64,000 bases of DNA, from contig DVHI01000096.1 of the NCBI GenBank assembly GCA_018712275.1, forward strand, positions 107 through 64,106, in the 5' to 3' direction. Positions 7,543 through 16,995 of this stretch are shown here, piece by piece; within the stretch, counting starts at the first letter, position 1, and each line of letters opens with the position of its first letter. The position numbers were made by a program, and so were the translations under genes. This stretch comes from Candidatus Coprenecus avistercoris (GTDB taxonomy: Bacteria > Bacteroidota > Bacteroidia > Bacteroidales > UBA932). The notes under the pieces were generated by a model that saw only the letters and a program-made list of their open reading frames with translations, searched no databases and was not told the DNA's origin.

Positions 7543-9240
7543 TCAGCCTATCTTGGAGTTGACTATCTCAATAACCTTAGCCTCCTGTTTTACAGCCTCT
7601 TCCGCGATGACTGCCGCCTCGGCTACGAGAGCATCGGCCTTTTCGCGGTCCTTCAGGCCAGAAGCATTGATCTTCACATTGAGGAAGGCTCCGAGGACTG
7701 CGGAACGGGCTGCGAGCGCTCCCACACCTGCATCGGATACGGAGTTGGGATTACCCTCCGAGGCCATTGCCTCCACCAGCTCGAAGACCTTGAAAGAAGC
7801 CTTCATCGTCCTCAGAGGCACCTCGGTGGCATAGAGAGTGGCCTCCTGCATGGCGGCTGCGCGTGCGGCCTTCTCCTCATCGGTCTTCTTGGGCAGGGAC
7901 ATGGCGTCCATGATACGGTTGAATGCCGCCGTATCCTCATCCACGAGGTGCAGCAGCTCGTACATCAGCTCCTGTCCCTTCTCAGCCCACTCGGAGAACT
8001 TGGGGCACTGATCATCCCAGCCTCTCTTGTGCGAGGACAGATTGGCCACCATGGCACCGAGAGCGGCCCCGAGGGAGCCCATATATGCGGATATCGATCC
8101 GCCGCCGGGAGCCGGAGACTCGCGGGAGGTCTCCTCCGCAAAGCCGCGTACAGTCAGGTCCACCAGCTTGGGAGTCCTGTCGCTGTCCTCGAGGATGTAC
8201 TCGATCACCTTCTCGCGGGGGTTGAACGGCTTGAGATCGTCCAGTCCCATGGACTTCACGGCTATCTTTATGATGTCCTCCTCGGGAATACCGCAGGAGC
8301 GGTTCTGCTTGGCCAGGTAATGCTTGCCGGCGTCGATGAGCACCTTCTTGGGGATAAGGCCGACTATCTCCGACCCGGTCACCCTCAGACCGCGGGCGTG
8401 AGCCTTCTCACACACCTCGTCGAAGGCCACATGGACGGGAGTGACGTTGATATTTGTCACATTCATGGATACCTGTGCGATACCGTACTCCTCGATGAAC
8501 CAGCCGATGGCCTTGCAGCCCTTCAGAGTTCCGGGAATCCATACCACCTCACCGTTCTCATCCTTCACCACCTTTCCGGTGATGGGGTCGCCCTCTCTCT
8601 TCTTGCGGCCCTTCTCGCGCACGTCGAAGGCCACGGAGTTGGCACGGCGGGTGGAGGTGGTGTTGAGGTTATAGTTGATGGCTACGAGGAAATCCCTGGC
8701 GCCCACTGCAGTAGCACCTGTACGTGCAGTAAAGTCATCGATGACGGCCGGACCGAAATCGGGCTTCTCCCCGTCGGCAAACCTCTTGGCCAGGCCCTCG
8801 TACTCGCCTGCGCGGCATACGGCCAGATTCCTGCGTGCCTCGGTATAGGCAGCGCTCTCATAGCAGAATACCGGTATTCCCAGTTCCTCGCCTATCCTCC
8901 TGGCCAGGGTACGGGCATACTCGGCGCACTCCTCCATTGTCACGCCTGCGATGGGCACGAGAGGACACACGTCGGTGGCGCCCATACGGGGATGCTCGCC
9001 GTGATGATGCCTCATGTCGATGATCTCGGAAGCCTTCCTGACTGCGCGGAAAGCAGCCTCCATGACCTTCTCCGGCTCACCTACGAAAGTCACTACCGTA
9101 CGGTTGGTCGCCGCACCGGGGTCCACGTCCAGGAGCTTTACACCCTCGACACTCTCAGCGGCGTCGGTAATCTGTTTGATAATCTGCATATCGCGTCCCT
9201 CGCTGAAGTTGGGAACGCACTCAATAAGTTTACGTGTCAT
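7543..9240 (-). CDS. ftcD: bifunctional glutamate formimidoyltransferase / formimidoyltetrahydrofolate cyclodeaminase
   Basis: The N-terminus LIECVPNFSEGRD is the transferase signature. The C-terminal third carries the cyclodeaminase motif SPAPGGGSISAYMGSLGAALGAMVANLS. At 565 aa it is a fused form. Confidence 0.9.
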   Translation of the reverse strand: MTRKLIECVPNFSEGRDMQIIKQITDAAESVEGVKLLDVDPGAATNRTVVTFVGEPEKVMEAAFRAVRKASEIIDMRHHHGEHPRMGATDVCPLVPIAGVTMEECAEYARTLARRIGEELGIPVFCYESAAYTEARRNLAVCRAGEYEGLAKRFADGEKPDFGPAVIDDFTARTGATAVGARDFLVAINYNLNTTSTRRANSVAFDVREKGRKKREGDPITGKVVKDENGEVVWIPGTLKGCKAIGWFIEEYGIAQVSMNVTNINVTPVHVAFDEVCEKAHARGLRVTGSEIVGLIPKKVLIDAGKHYLAKQNRSCGIPEEDIIKIAVKSMGLDDLKPFNPREKVIEYILEDSDRTPKLVDLTVRGFAEETSRESPAPGGGSISAYMGSLGAALGAMVANLSSHKRGWDDQCPKFSEWAEKGQELMYELLHLVDEDTAAFNRIMDAMSLPKKTDEEKAARAAAMQEATLYATEVPLRTMKASFKVFELVEAMASEGNPNSVSDAGVGALAARSAVLGAFLNVKINASGLKDREKADALVAEAAVIAEEAVKQEAKVIEIVNSKIG

Positions 9241-9253
9241 TTCTGATTAAATA

Positions 9254-9904
9254 TTATTTGTTGTTTACTATCATGGTTATGCCTGTATCCAGCATGCCGA
9301 TGAGCTTCGCTACATCCAGCTCGAAATAGTGAATCGGATACAGATACTTGGGCCGTATGGTGTTCGCCACCTGCACGAATTCCTCGTCCGTCATGGTATA
9401 AGGGAGATTCTTGGGCAGGAATGCGATGTCGATGTTAGTCACGTGTCTCATCTCGGGAATAGGCTCGGTATCTCCCGCGATGTAGAGGCGGAAGCCTCCG
9501 AAATCCAGGACATAGCCGTTTCCGACACCTCTGGGATGGAAAAGCTCGCCGGCATCATTGCGGCGGTTGACATTGTAGGCGTGTACGGCATGGATCATCA
9601 GCCCCTCATAGTTGTAGGACTCTCCGTTCTTGAGCACCACATAGCGGTCCGAGACCTTGCCCACGTCCTGGCTCACCACGAAAAGAGTCTTGTCCGTCAC
9701 AATCTTGGACCAGGCAGACTCGTCATAGTGGTCATAGTGGTTGTGAGTGATGAGGATCAGGTCGGCCTTCTCCCTGCCGGAGAAGTCGCCCGCTTCGCTG
9801 TAAGGATCGGAATAGATGTATTTTCCGTTCCATTCGACAAGCAGTGAGGCATGGCCTATCACCGTGATTTTGATCTCGCCCAGAGGGGTCTTGTAACTAT
9901 CCAT
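9254..9904 (-). CDS. MBL-fold metallo-hydrolase
   Basis: It has an HxHxDH motif (ITHNHYDHYD) and is 216 aa long. It overlaps the hutI stop by 8 nt. Confidence 0.8.
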   Translation of the reverse strand: MDSYKTPLGEIKITVIGHASLLVEWNGKYIYSDPYSEAGDFSGREKADLILITHNHYDHYDESAWSKIVTDKTLFVVSQDVGKVSDRYVVLKNGESYNYEGLMIHAVHAYNVNRRNDAGELFHPRGVGNGYVLDFGGFRLYIAGDTEPIPEMRHVTNIDIAFLPKNLPYTMTDEEFVQVANTIRPKYLYPIHYFELDVAKLIGMLDTGITMIVNNK

Positions 9905-11159
9905 ATATCTTACCGTTTAAAATTATATTCTCGATCAGCTGGGAAGTGAAACTGTAGGGAACGAATTCGTACGAAGGTATCTTCTTGGTAATGAATAGGG
10001 AGGCCTTCTTACCGGGGGTAATGCTTCCGTATTCCGAAGCCACGCCCATCGCAAACGCACCGTTGACGGTCGCAGCGTTGAGCACTGCCTCGGGAGTCAG
10101 GCGCATCTTGATCATGGCCAGGACCATCATGAACTTCATGTCCCCTGAAGGGCAGGAGCCGGGGTTGTAGTTGGAGGCAATGGCCAGCGGCAGGTCATAC
10201 TCCAGCATGTCCTTCGCCTTAGGATAATCCATATCCAGGAAAAATGTAGCACCGGGCAGGAGCGTCGCGATGGTCCCGCTGCCCTGCAGGGCCTTGAACT
10301 CCTCAGGGCCGGTGAACTCGAGATGGTCGACAGAGGCGGCTCCATAGCGCACGCCCACCTGCACTCCTCCGGAAAAGCTCATCTGGTTGGCATGCACCTT
10401 CGGAACCATACCGTATCTGGCGGCGGCCTCGAAGATCCGGGAGGCATCCTTCACAGTGAAGAATCCCTCCTCTACGAAAATATCCACGTAGTCGGCCAGT
10501 CCCTCGGCGGCGACGGCCGGCATGATCTCACGGACTATCTCGTCCACATACCCCTCCCGGTTGCCTTTATAACGGGCAGGCACGGCGTGGGCCCCGAGGA
10601 AGGTGGTGCGGACCCTGAGCGGAGTCTCCTCCTCCACCCTGCGGGCGACCCGGAGCATCTTGACCTCATCCTCGACGGTGAGGCCGTAACCGCTCTTGAT
10701 CTCCACCGCACCGGTGCCCAGGGAGATTATCTCATGCGCACGGACCAGGGTCTGCTGCAGGAGGTCATCCTCCGGGGTATTGTGCAGCAGCTCCACCGAA
10801 TTGAGGATACCGCCGCCCCGGCGGGCAATCTCCTGATAAGAGAGGCCACGCAGCTTGTCCATGAACTCCATCTCGCGGCTGCCGGCATAGACCAGATGGG
10901 TGTGGGAGTCGCAGTAGGAAGGGAACACCATCCTGCCCTCAGCGTCAATCACCTCATCCGAAGAGCGTTCCAACGCTTCCAGTTCCTCAGGCCGGAGGTC
11001 CTGCATCCTGCCGAGGCGGGAGATACGGTCTCCCTCCGTCAGCAGCCAGGCACCGTCAAGACAGGGCAGCGACAGCATCTCCTCTCCCCGCAACGGAGCA
11101 GAGGGAGCCGCTTCCCGCACATTGACAAGCTTTTTTATATTTTTTATAAAAATTGACAT
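9897..11159 (-). CDS. hutI: imidazolonepropionase
   Basis: It is an amidohydrolase with the DSHTHLVYAG metal motif. Its length (420 aa) and its position after hutH support the call. Confidence 0.9.
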   Translation of the reverse strand: MSIFIKNIKKLVNVREAAPSAPLRGEEMLSLPCLDGAWLLTEGDRISRLGRMQDLRPEELEALERSSDEVIDAEGRMVFPSYCDSHTHLVYAGSREMEFMDKLRGLSYQEIARRGGGILNSVELLHNTPEDDLLQQTLVRAHEIISLGTGAVEIKSGYGLTVEDEVKMLRVARRVEEETPLRVRTTFLGAHAVPARYKGNREGYVDEIVREIMPAVAAEGLADYVDIFVEEGFFTVKDASRIFEAAARYGMVPKVHANQMSFSGGVQVGVRYGAASVDHLEFTGPEEFKALQGSGTIATLLPGATFFLDMDYPKAKDMLEYDLPLAIASNYNPGSCPSGDMKFMMVLAMIKMRLTPEAVLNAATVNGAFAMGVASEYGSITPGKKASLFITKKIPSYEFVPYSFTSQLIENIILNGKIYG

Positions 11160-11161
11160 TT

Positions 11162-12658
11162 TTAAATTTCTGCGTTCTTAATGAAGTCTATGGAATCCTT
11201 GATACGGGTGTACATCACCGTATCTTCCTCCACGAAAGGCACAGTCCTGCGGTAGTCCTCGAAGAATTTCTCGATTACGGGCGAGGACTTGCCGGCTCCG
11301 GCGCGATGACGGAACTCGAGGGCCTGGGCCGCGTTCAGCATCTCGATGCCGAGAATCTTCTCGACATTCTCGATTACTCTGACGCATTTGGTCGCAGCGT
11401 TGGCACCCATGCTGACATGATCTTCCTGGCCCTGGGACGAATCAATGGTGTCCACCACACAGGGAGTGCACAGCTGCTTGTTCTGGCTGACTATGGATGC
11501 AGCGGCGTACTGAGGAATCATGAAGCCGGAATTCAGTCCGGACTTGGCCACCAGGAAGGAGGGGAGTCCCCTCTTGCCGGAAATCAGCTGGTAGGTACGG
11601 CGCTCGGATATGGAGCCAAGCTCCGCCATGGCGATGGCCAGGAAATCCAGGGTGATGGAAAGAGGCTGCCCGTGGAAGTTGCCGGCGGAGATGACCTGGT
11701 CCTCGTCGGGAAGGACAGTAGGGTTGTCGGTAGCGCTGTTGACCTCGGTCATGAACACACTCTCCACATACCCGAGCGCGTCCTTGGACGCTCCGTGCAC
11801 CTGAGGTACACAGCGGAAAGAGTAGGGATCCTGCACCTCCTTGCCGGGTCCGTCGATGAGCTGGCTGCCCTGGAGATAGCCGAGGATGACGCGGGCCGTC
11901 TCCATCTGTCCCTTATGAGGACGGACGGCATGCACACCGGGTGTGAATGGCTCCTTGCGGCCGTTGAAGGCCTCGAGGGAGACGGTGGCTACCTTGTCGG
12001 CGGCCGCCGAGATATGCTTCGCATGACACAGACACCATACGGCATGGGCCAGCATGAACTGGGTACCGTTGAGAAGGGCCAGACCCTCCTTCGACGCCAG
12101 TGTCAGAGGCTCCCAGCCGAAGAGTTTCTCCAGCTCGCTTCCGGGATATCTCCTGCCCTTGTAGTCAAATTCGCCGAGACCAAGCAGAGGCAGACACATA
12201 TTGGCCAGAGGGGCCAGGTCGCCGGATGCGCCGAGAGAGCCCTGCTGATATACCACCGGAATCACTCCCTCATTGAAGAAGTCCACCAGCCTTTCCACGG
12301 TCTCGACCCTTACTCCGGAGTAGCCGTAGGATAGGGATTTGACCTTCAGGGCCAGCATAAGGCGCACAATCTCAGGACGTACCTCCTCTCCTACTCCGCA
12401 GGCATGGGACATCACCAGATTCTTCTGGAGCTGAGAGAGCTGGTCGCGGTCCACGGACACGTTGCAGAGTGAGCCGAAACCGGTAGTAACTCCATAGATA
12501 GGAGCCTTCTGGTTCTTCATCCGCTCGTCCAGATAACTGCGGCATTTCTCAATTCTTTTACGGGAAGCTTCGCCCAGATGCAGGCGGCACTCGGGATTCA
12601 GAAGATTCCTTACATCCTCGAAAGAGTGCTGAAGGGTATCTATATCAAACTGTATCAT
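11162..12658 (-). CDS. hutH: histidine ammonia-lyase
   Basis: It has the MIO-forming motif GSLGASGDLAPLA and is 498 aa long. Confidence 0.95.
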   Translation of the reverse strand: MIQFDIDTLQHSFEDVRNLLNPECRLHLGEASRKRIEKCRSYLDERMKNQKAPIYGVTTGFGSLCNVSVDRDQLSQLQKNLVMSHACGVGEEVRPEIVRLMLALKVKSLSYGYSGVRVETVERLVDFFNEGVIPVVYQQGSLGASGDLAPLANMCLPLLGLGEFDYKGRRYPGSELEKLFGWEPLTLASKEGLALLNGTQFMLAHAVWCLCHAKHISAAADKVATVSLEAFNGRKEPFTPGVHAVRPHKGQMETARVILGYLQGSQLIDGPGKEVQDPYSFRCVPQVHGASKDALGYVESVFMTEVNSATDNPTVLPDEDQVISAGNFHGQPLSITLDFLAIAMAELGSISERRTYQLISGKRGLPSFLVAKSGLNSGFMIPQYAAASIVSQNKQLCTPCVVDTIDSSQGQEDHVSMGANAATKCVRVIENVEKILGIEMLNAAQALEFRHRAGAGKSSPVIEKFFEDYRRTVPFVEEDTVMYTRIKDSIDFIKNAEI

Positions 12659-12687
12659 ACATTTGGGATTTTTAGTCGTTTAACCCA

Positions 12688-12695
12688 CAAATGTA
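12688..12695 (-). promoter_or_regulatory. -7 box (TACATTTG) upstream of hutH
   Basis: The minus strand reads TACATTTG about 29 nt upstream of the hutH ATG. Only the -7 element is seen. Confidence 0.35.
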
Positions 12696-12705
12696 CAAAA
12701 AAATC

Positions 12706-14757
12706 TTATCTTTCCACCCAGATAAGCGGCTTTCTACTGTCGATTTCCCTCATTATACCCTTCATATACCCTTTGAAATACTTCTCGGCATACTTGAAGG
12801 AAGGGAAATTGGGCGAAGGCACAGACTCGGAACGTCTGGAAGGCCGGACACCTCTGGCCGTAACATCATAGCGTGAGGACGGACGGAGATCCGGCATCCA
12901 GTTGAAGTCTCTCAGGCGGCTCTTCTCCTGAGCAAGGTCCCAGACCGGATAAGCATCGCTCTTGATATTCTCCGTGTATAGTATGCGCTGGACCTGTCCG
13001 TCCTTGAGACGTCCGGTCATCAGACGGCACTCCTTCTGGTTCATAGTTGTTATTACCGAATCCTCCGCCACATAGAACATGGCCGTGACTCCTCCCAGAG
13101 CATCGAAACGGGAAACCTGACTGTTCACGAAATAGCCTATCATCTCGGGAGATTTGATTTGGTGATAGTATTTCTCCGGCACTTCTTCAGAAATGACGAA
13201 GGCATTGGCGAAGAGATAGCCCCTGTCCAAAGTCTGGTTACGGAACAGAAACTGCATGCTGTCAGCAGTGATCTGACTCTTTATCTCATACCATAGCACC
13301 GGCTCCGTGAAAAGCCTGGCAATGGAATCTATCGAAGTGAACAGCAGGGAGTCGCATCGCACCTGAATATCGCTCTTGTAGATACGCACATGGTGATATG
13401 CTTCCACAAAAGACACTTCTGTAGTATCCGGAGGGGGAGGAAGCATCAGGGAATCAACCACTGATACGGAGTCCGGCAGGGAGAGGGAATCCAGTCCTGC
13501 AACGGTAAGACTGTCCTGCACAACGGCAGGGGGCGCTGTCATCAAAGTATCCTCCGCAGGTATAAATGGAGACGGCAGTGTACCCGGACCGGGTTGCCTC
13601 AGAGAAGCTGCCGATGACTGTGCCTGGGTCCTTGACGCCGCACCTGAAGACGAGGACGCCGATCTTCCGGCTCCAGCCGTCCCGGCTGACTTCTTACTCT
13701 GTTCCATCGGATCCACCAGCGCTGACCTGTACCGCTCTTCAGCAGCCTCCACCACGGCGCTGTCCACATCGCACATACGCATCGTATAATAAATCAGGGT
13801 GTCGGAAGACATGAATACAGAGTCCCGTACCCCCTCTTCATTCTCATCGATAACCACCAGGGCCGGCTGACGGTAAAGTTCGGCTCTCCTGGGTTCGTTC
13901 CAGTAACGCAGTTCCCCGGCCAGAGCAATGGCATTGTCCACTGTATCAAGAAGCTGGACATTTCCAAGCAAAAGAGAATACTCCGTAAGCCGGTCGTAGT
14001 AAAGAGAGTCGCTCCACATCTCGTAGTCTTCCGTAAGGATATGCACATTCTTACGGAAATACAGCTTCTCGACAGTCCTCTCGTAACGACCTGCACCGGA
14101 TGATATGGTATTGTCTCCATACCATCCCTGGGTATTGCCTCTGAAACGGGCCGTCTCATTCCTGGTATCGTAATTGAGAGTATCGCAGACAAAGAAAAGC
14201 GAGTCGGAGAACATCTCGACACTCCCTATGAAATCGAACCGCTCCAGCGGTGAGCTGTAAGTACCGGTAAGGCTCTCGATGAGGTTCCCGTCAGAGTCCC
14301 TCATGGCGCCTCCGCGGTAGAAAAGTGCGGTGCTGTCCTTGGTATTGTAATCCAGAAAGTTGGTACGCAGCACATTACTGTCCCGGTCTATGAGTTCCAC
14401 CAGATGACCGCGGAACTTTGCTGTATTCTCCGGAATGACATACTTGATACTGTCCCCGGTCAGAACCGTATTCTCCTGAACGATACGTATGCTGCCGATG
14501 GCATCGATATACTCGTCCGCGACATTCCAATAGGCACTGTCACAATAGAGATAGGTGTCATTATGCAGGAATACCGCGTCCCCCACTACTTTCCTGTACT
14601 CCTTGCCGTCTATCTCCACCAGACGGGCAAGGTCAGCCTGCAGCAGGCGTACCAGGGAATCCCTGTCCTGCTGCCCGCTGTCATGTCCGTCCTGAGCATG
14701 AAGTGTCAGGAAAGGAAGTGCGATGAGCACGGCGGTCAGTATCGAAACTCTTCTCAT
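12706..14757 (-). CDS. OstA-like (LptA/LptD N-terminal-like) domain protein, secreted
   Basis: It has a signal peptide (ILTAVLIALPFLTLHAQ). The N-terminal region resembles the OstA fold (GDAVFLHNDTYLYCDSAYW, TGDSIKY). A central Ser/Ala/Pro-rich linker is present. Confidence 0.65.
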   Translation of the reverse strand: MRRVSILTAVLIALPFLTLHAQDGHDSGQQDRDSLVRLLQADLARLVEIDGKEYRKVVGDAVFLHNDTYLYCDSAYWNVADEYIDAIGSIRIVQENTVLTGDSIKYVIPENTAKFRGHLVELIDRDSNVLRTNFLDYNTKDSTALFYRGGAMRDSDGNLIESLTGTYSSPLERFDFIGSVEMFSDSLFFVCDTLNYDTRNETARFRGNTQGWYGDNTISSGAGRYERTVEKLYFRKNVHILTEDYEMWSDSLYYDRLTEYSLLLGNVQLLDTVDNAIALAGELRYWNEPRRAELYRQPALVVIDENEEGVRDSVFMSSDTLIYYTMRMCDVDSAVVEAAEERYRSALVDPMEQSKKSAGTAGAGRSASSSSGAASRTQAQSSAASLRQPGPGTLPSPFIPAEDTLMTAPPAVVQDSLTVAGLDSLSLPDSVSVVDSLMLPPPPDTTEVSFVEAYHHVRIYKSDIQVRCDSLLFTSIDSIARLFTEPVLWYEIKSQITADSMQFLFRNQTLDRGYLFANAFVISEEVPEKYYHQIKSPEMIGYFVNSQVSRFDALGGVTAMFYVAEDSVITTMNQKECRLMTGRLKDGQVQRILYTENIKSDAYPVWDLAQEKSRLRDFNWMPDLRPSSRYDVTARGVRPSRRSESVPSPNFPSFKYAEKYFKGYMKGIMREIDSRKPLIWVER

Positions 14758-14761
14758 TCTG

Positions 14762-16123
14762 TCACTTTACCCATCCGTCCCGTTGGAAATCACATTTCTG
14801 GAACATAGGGTCTATTACGATATAGGTGGTGGCCTGTTTCTCCTTGATAAAGTCCTCTATGGCCCGGACGGACTTATTGTTGGTCGCAATATCCAGAAGG
14901 ACATTGAAATCCTGCTCTACGGTCGCTGTATGAGAAGGACGGATCTTCTCCAGGCGGATAATCTTGTAGACAGTATTGCCGCTGCGACCCTCGTCATCCA
15001 CAGACTCGAAGGGCATGGATACTTCACCTTCCTTCATATCCTTCAGAACATTGTAGTCGGCAGGCTTAAGCTGGTCCATCTCAAAAAAGGGCGCTCCGGT
15101 ATTAGGGTCGGCCACCAGTCCGCCGTTGGTACGGCTTTTGGCGTCCTCCGAGAATATCCTTGCAGCCTGCGCAAAAGTCAGACTGTCCTCCAGCACCACG
15201 TTGCGGATAGAATCCAGGCGGATAAACGCCGAATCCCGGTCCTCTACGGTGTACTTGGGCTTAAGGAGAATGTGACGGGCATTGAACATATCCCCACTCT
15301 TGGATATCATCTGGATAATATGAAAACCGTCGGGAGTCTCCACTATCGGAGACACCTGACCGTCCTTCAAGGCCATTGCGGCATCACTGAATGCAGGCCA
15401 GAATATGGACTTTGACGCCATTCCCAGCTCTCCTCCACGCATCGCACTTCCAGGATCCTCAGAGTACAGGGTTGCCAGCATTGAAAATTTTTCTCCGTCC
15501 AGAATCCTCTGACGGAACTCCAGCAGCCTCTCGCGCACCTCCAGCTTTGCACGCTCCGTATCTGGATACAACACTATCTGACTGTACTGATACTGAGTGG
15601 GAATTATCGGCAGGCTGTCCGTCGGCACACTGCGGTAATACTGCTGTACTTCTTTGGGAGTCACCTCGGTTATGGCACCTGCTACAGTACGCTGCATCTC
15701 CTGAACCAGGTTCTGTTCCATAAACGTCTCCCTCCATTCCTGACGCAGTTTATGCAGGGGCTTTCCGAAATACTTTTCGGTCTGTTCCTCACCTCCCAGC
15801 TGTGTGAGGATGTTGTTTACCCTATCCTCCAGTGCGGCATCCACCATATCAGGATTGACGGTAAGGCTATCAAGCTGTGCCTGTGTATAGAACAGCTTGG
15901 AAACCAGCATATTCTCCAGCACCTCACATCGCAGGTTACGATCCGAGACATAACCCTGGAACTGCATCATCTGTACCTCTCCCTCTATCTGTGAGAGAAG
16001 TATCATACTGTTTCCGACCAGAGCGACAGTCTTGTCTATCACGCCGTCGTATTTCTGGGCAAACATCTCTGTAAGGGGCATCACCACTAGGGCAAGCGCC
16101 GTCATCAGTGCTTTTATCTTCAT
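14762..16123 (-). CDS. SurA-like periplasmic peptidyl-prolyl isomerase (parvulin type)
   Basis: It has a signal peptide. Two parvulin-like segments are present (GGELG..FW.AF, DGFHIIQ, ARHILL). Its position is typical of Bacteroidales. Confidence 0.8.
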   Translation of the reverse strand: MKIKALMTALALVVMPLTEMFAQKYDGVIDKTVALVGNSMILLSQIEGEVQMMQFQGYVSDRNLRCEVLENMLVSKLFYTQAQLDSLTVNPDMVDAALEDRVNNILTQLGGEEQTEKYFGKPLHKLRQEWRETFMEQNLVQEMQRTVAGAITEVTPKEVQQYYRSVPTDSLPIIPTQYQYSQIVLYPDTERAKLEVRERLLEFRQRILDGEKFSMLATLYSEDPGSAMRGGELGMASKSIFWPAFSDAAMALKDGQVSPIVETPDGFHIIQMISKSGDMFNARHILLKPKYTVEDRDSAFIRLDSIRNVVLEDSLTFAQAARIFSEDAKSRTNGGLVADPNTGAPFFEMDQLKPADYNVLKDMKEGEVSMPFESVDDEGRSGNTVYKIIRLEKIRPSHTATVEQDFNVLLDIATNNKSVRAIEDFIKEKQATTYIVIDPMFQKCDFQRDGWVK

Positions 16124-16124
16124 T

Positions 16125-16973
16125 TTACTCCTTATATATTTTCAATTTTTCAGAACCTACCGCATCATTAAGCAGATTTCGTTCCAAACTCATCAGAAGG
16201 GCCTGTTTTCTTCTGCTCAGAATCACGTCCCTAATCCTGTCACGGCAGTATTCATAAGGAGCAATCCTTCCTGCCGGGACATAGCCGTCAGCCGAAATGA
16301 GGTAGGTATAGCCTAAATACGTCCTCTCAACATAGGATCTGTCGTCCAGCACCTCCGCCATCGAGGATATGTCCATACCGGTCCCCTCCACCAGAGCATC
16401 CAGTCCCGTCCATTCGTCAAGGAAGAAATACCGCTCGGCAGAAGTATAGCACAACTGGTCCAGACGGTCGCGGTCCTCCTGTACGGATGAGCGGTAGAGG
16501 GACTTTATGGGGTTGAGGTTAGGAGAATTGTCACTCACCTTTATATAAATGCCCCGTATCAAAGGGAGGTGAGTGATAAAACTGGATGGGTTGGCCTCAT
16601 AATACTCTCTGTACTCCTGCTCTGATATGACAGTGTCAAGACGCTGCTCCACGTACTGCTGTTCGTAACGGTAAACCAACAGTTGCCGGCGATAATCCTC
16701 AAGCTCGGCGGTCACATCCCTGTCTGTCTTGGACAGGCGGCTCTCAGCCATGTCCAGAAGAAGTCTGTCCTTAGCCCATGATTGTATGTACCGCTCGACC
16801 ATGCGGAGGCTGTCCTCCGGTGAGAATCCTTTGATATTGAGCTTCTCGATATCACTGCGGTACAAAACATCCTTGCCGACTCTGGCGACAGCGTCTCCCT
16901 TGAAGAGACGGTCGTAGAGACGGCAGGACGATACACTCAGACACAACAGAAGTATCCAGAGAGCCCTTCTCAT
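16125..16973 (-). CDS. SurA-N-like periplasmic chaperone lipoprotein (uncertain)
   Basis: It has a lipobox (LLLCLSVSSC). It is translationally adjacent to the SurA-like gene. The family assignment is weak. Confidence 0.55.
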   Translation of the reverse strand: MRRALWILLLCLSVSSCRLYDRLFKGDAVARVGKDVLYRSDIEKLNIKGFSPEDSLRMVERYIQSWAKDRLLLDMAESRLSKTDRDVTAELEDYRRQLLVYRYEQQYVEQRLDTVISEQEYREYYEANPSSFITHLPLIRGIYIKVSDNSPNLNPIKSLYRSSVQEDRDRLDQLCYTSAERYFFLDEWTGLDALVEGTGMDISSMAEVLDDRSYVERTYLGYTYLISADGYVPAGRIAPYEYCRDRIRDVILSRRKQALLMSLERNLLNDAVGSEKLKIYKE

Positions 16974-16995
16974 CGCAGTACGCAGAGTAGAGCTA

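Noticed and set aside
7498-9246. A 582-aa plus-strand ORF spanning the whole ftcD locus on the opposite strand.
   Set aside because: It is a shadow ORF. In GC-rich coding DNA the antisense frame lacks stops because TTA, CTA and TCA codons are rare. Its composition is skewed to Leu, Gly and His and it has no recognisable motifs. The minus-strand ORF has unmistakable FTCD motifs.
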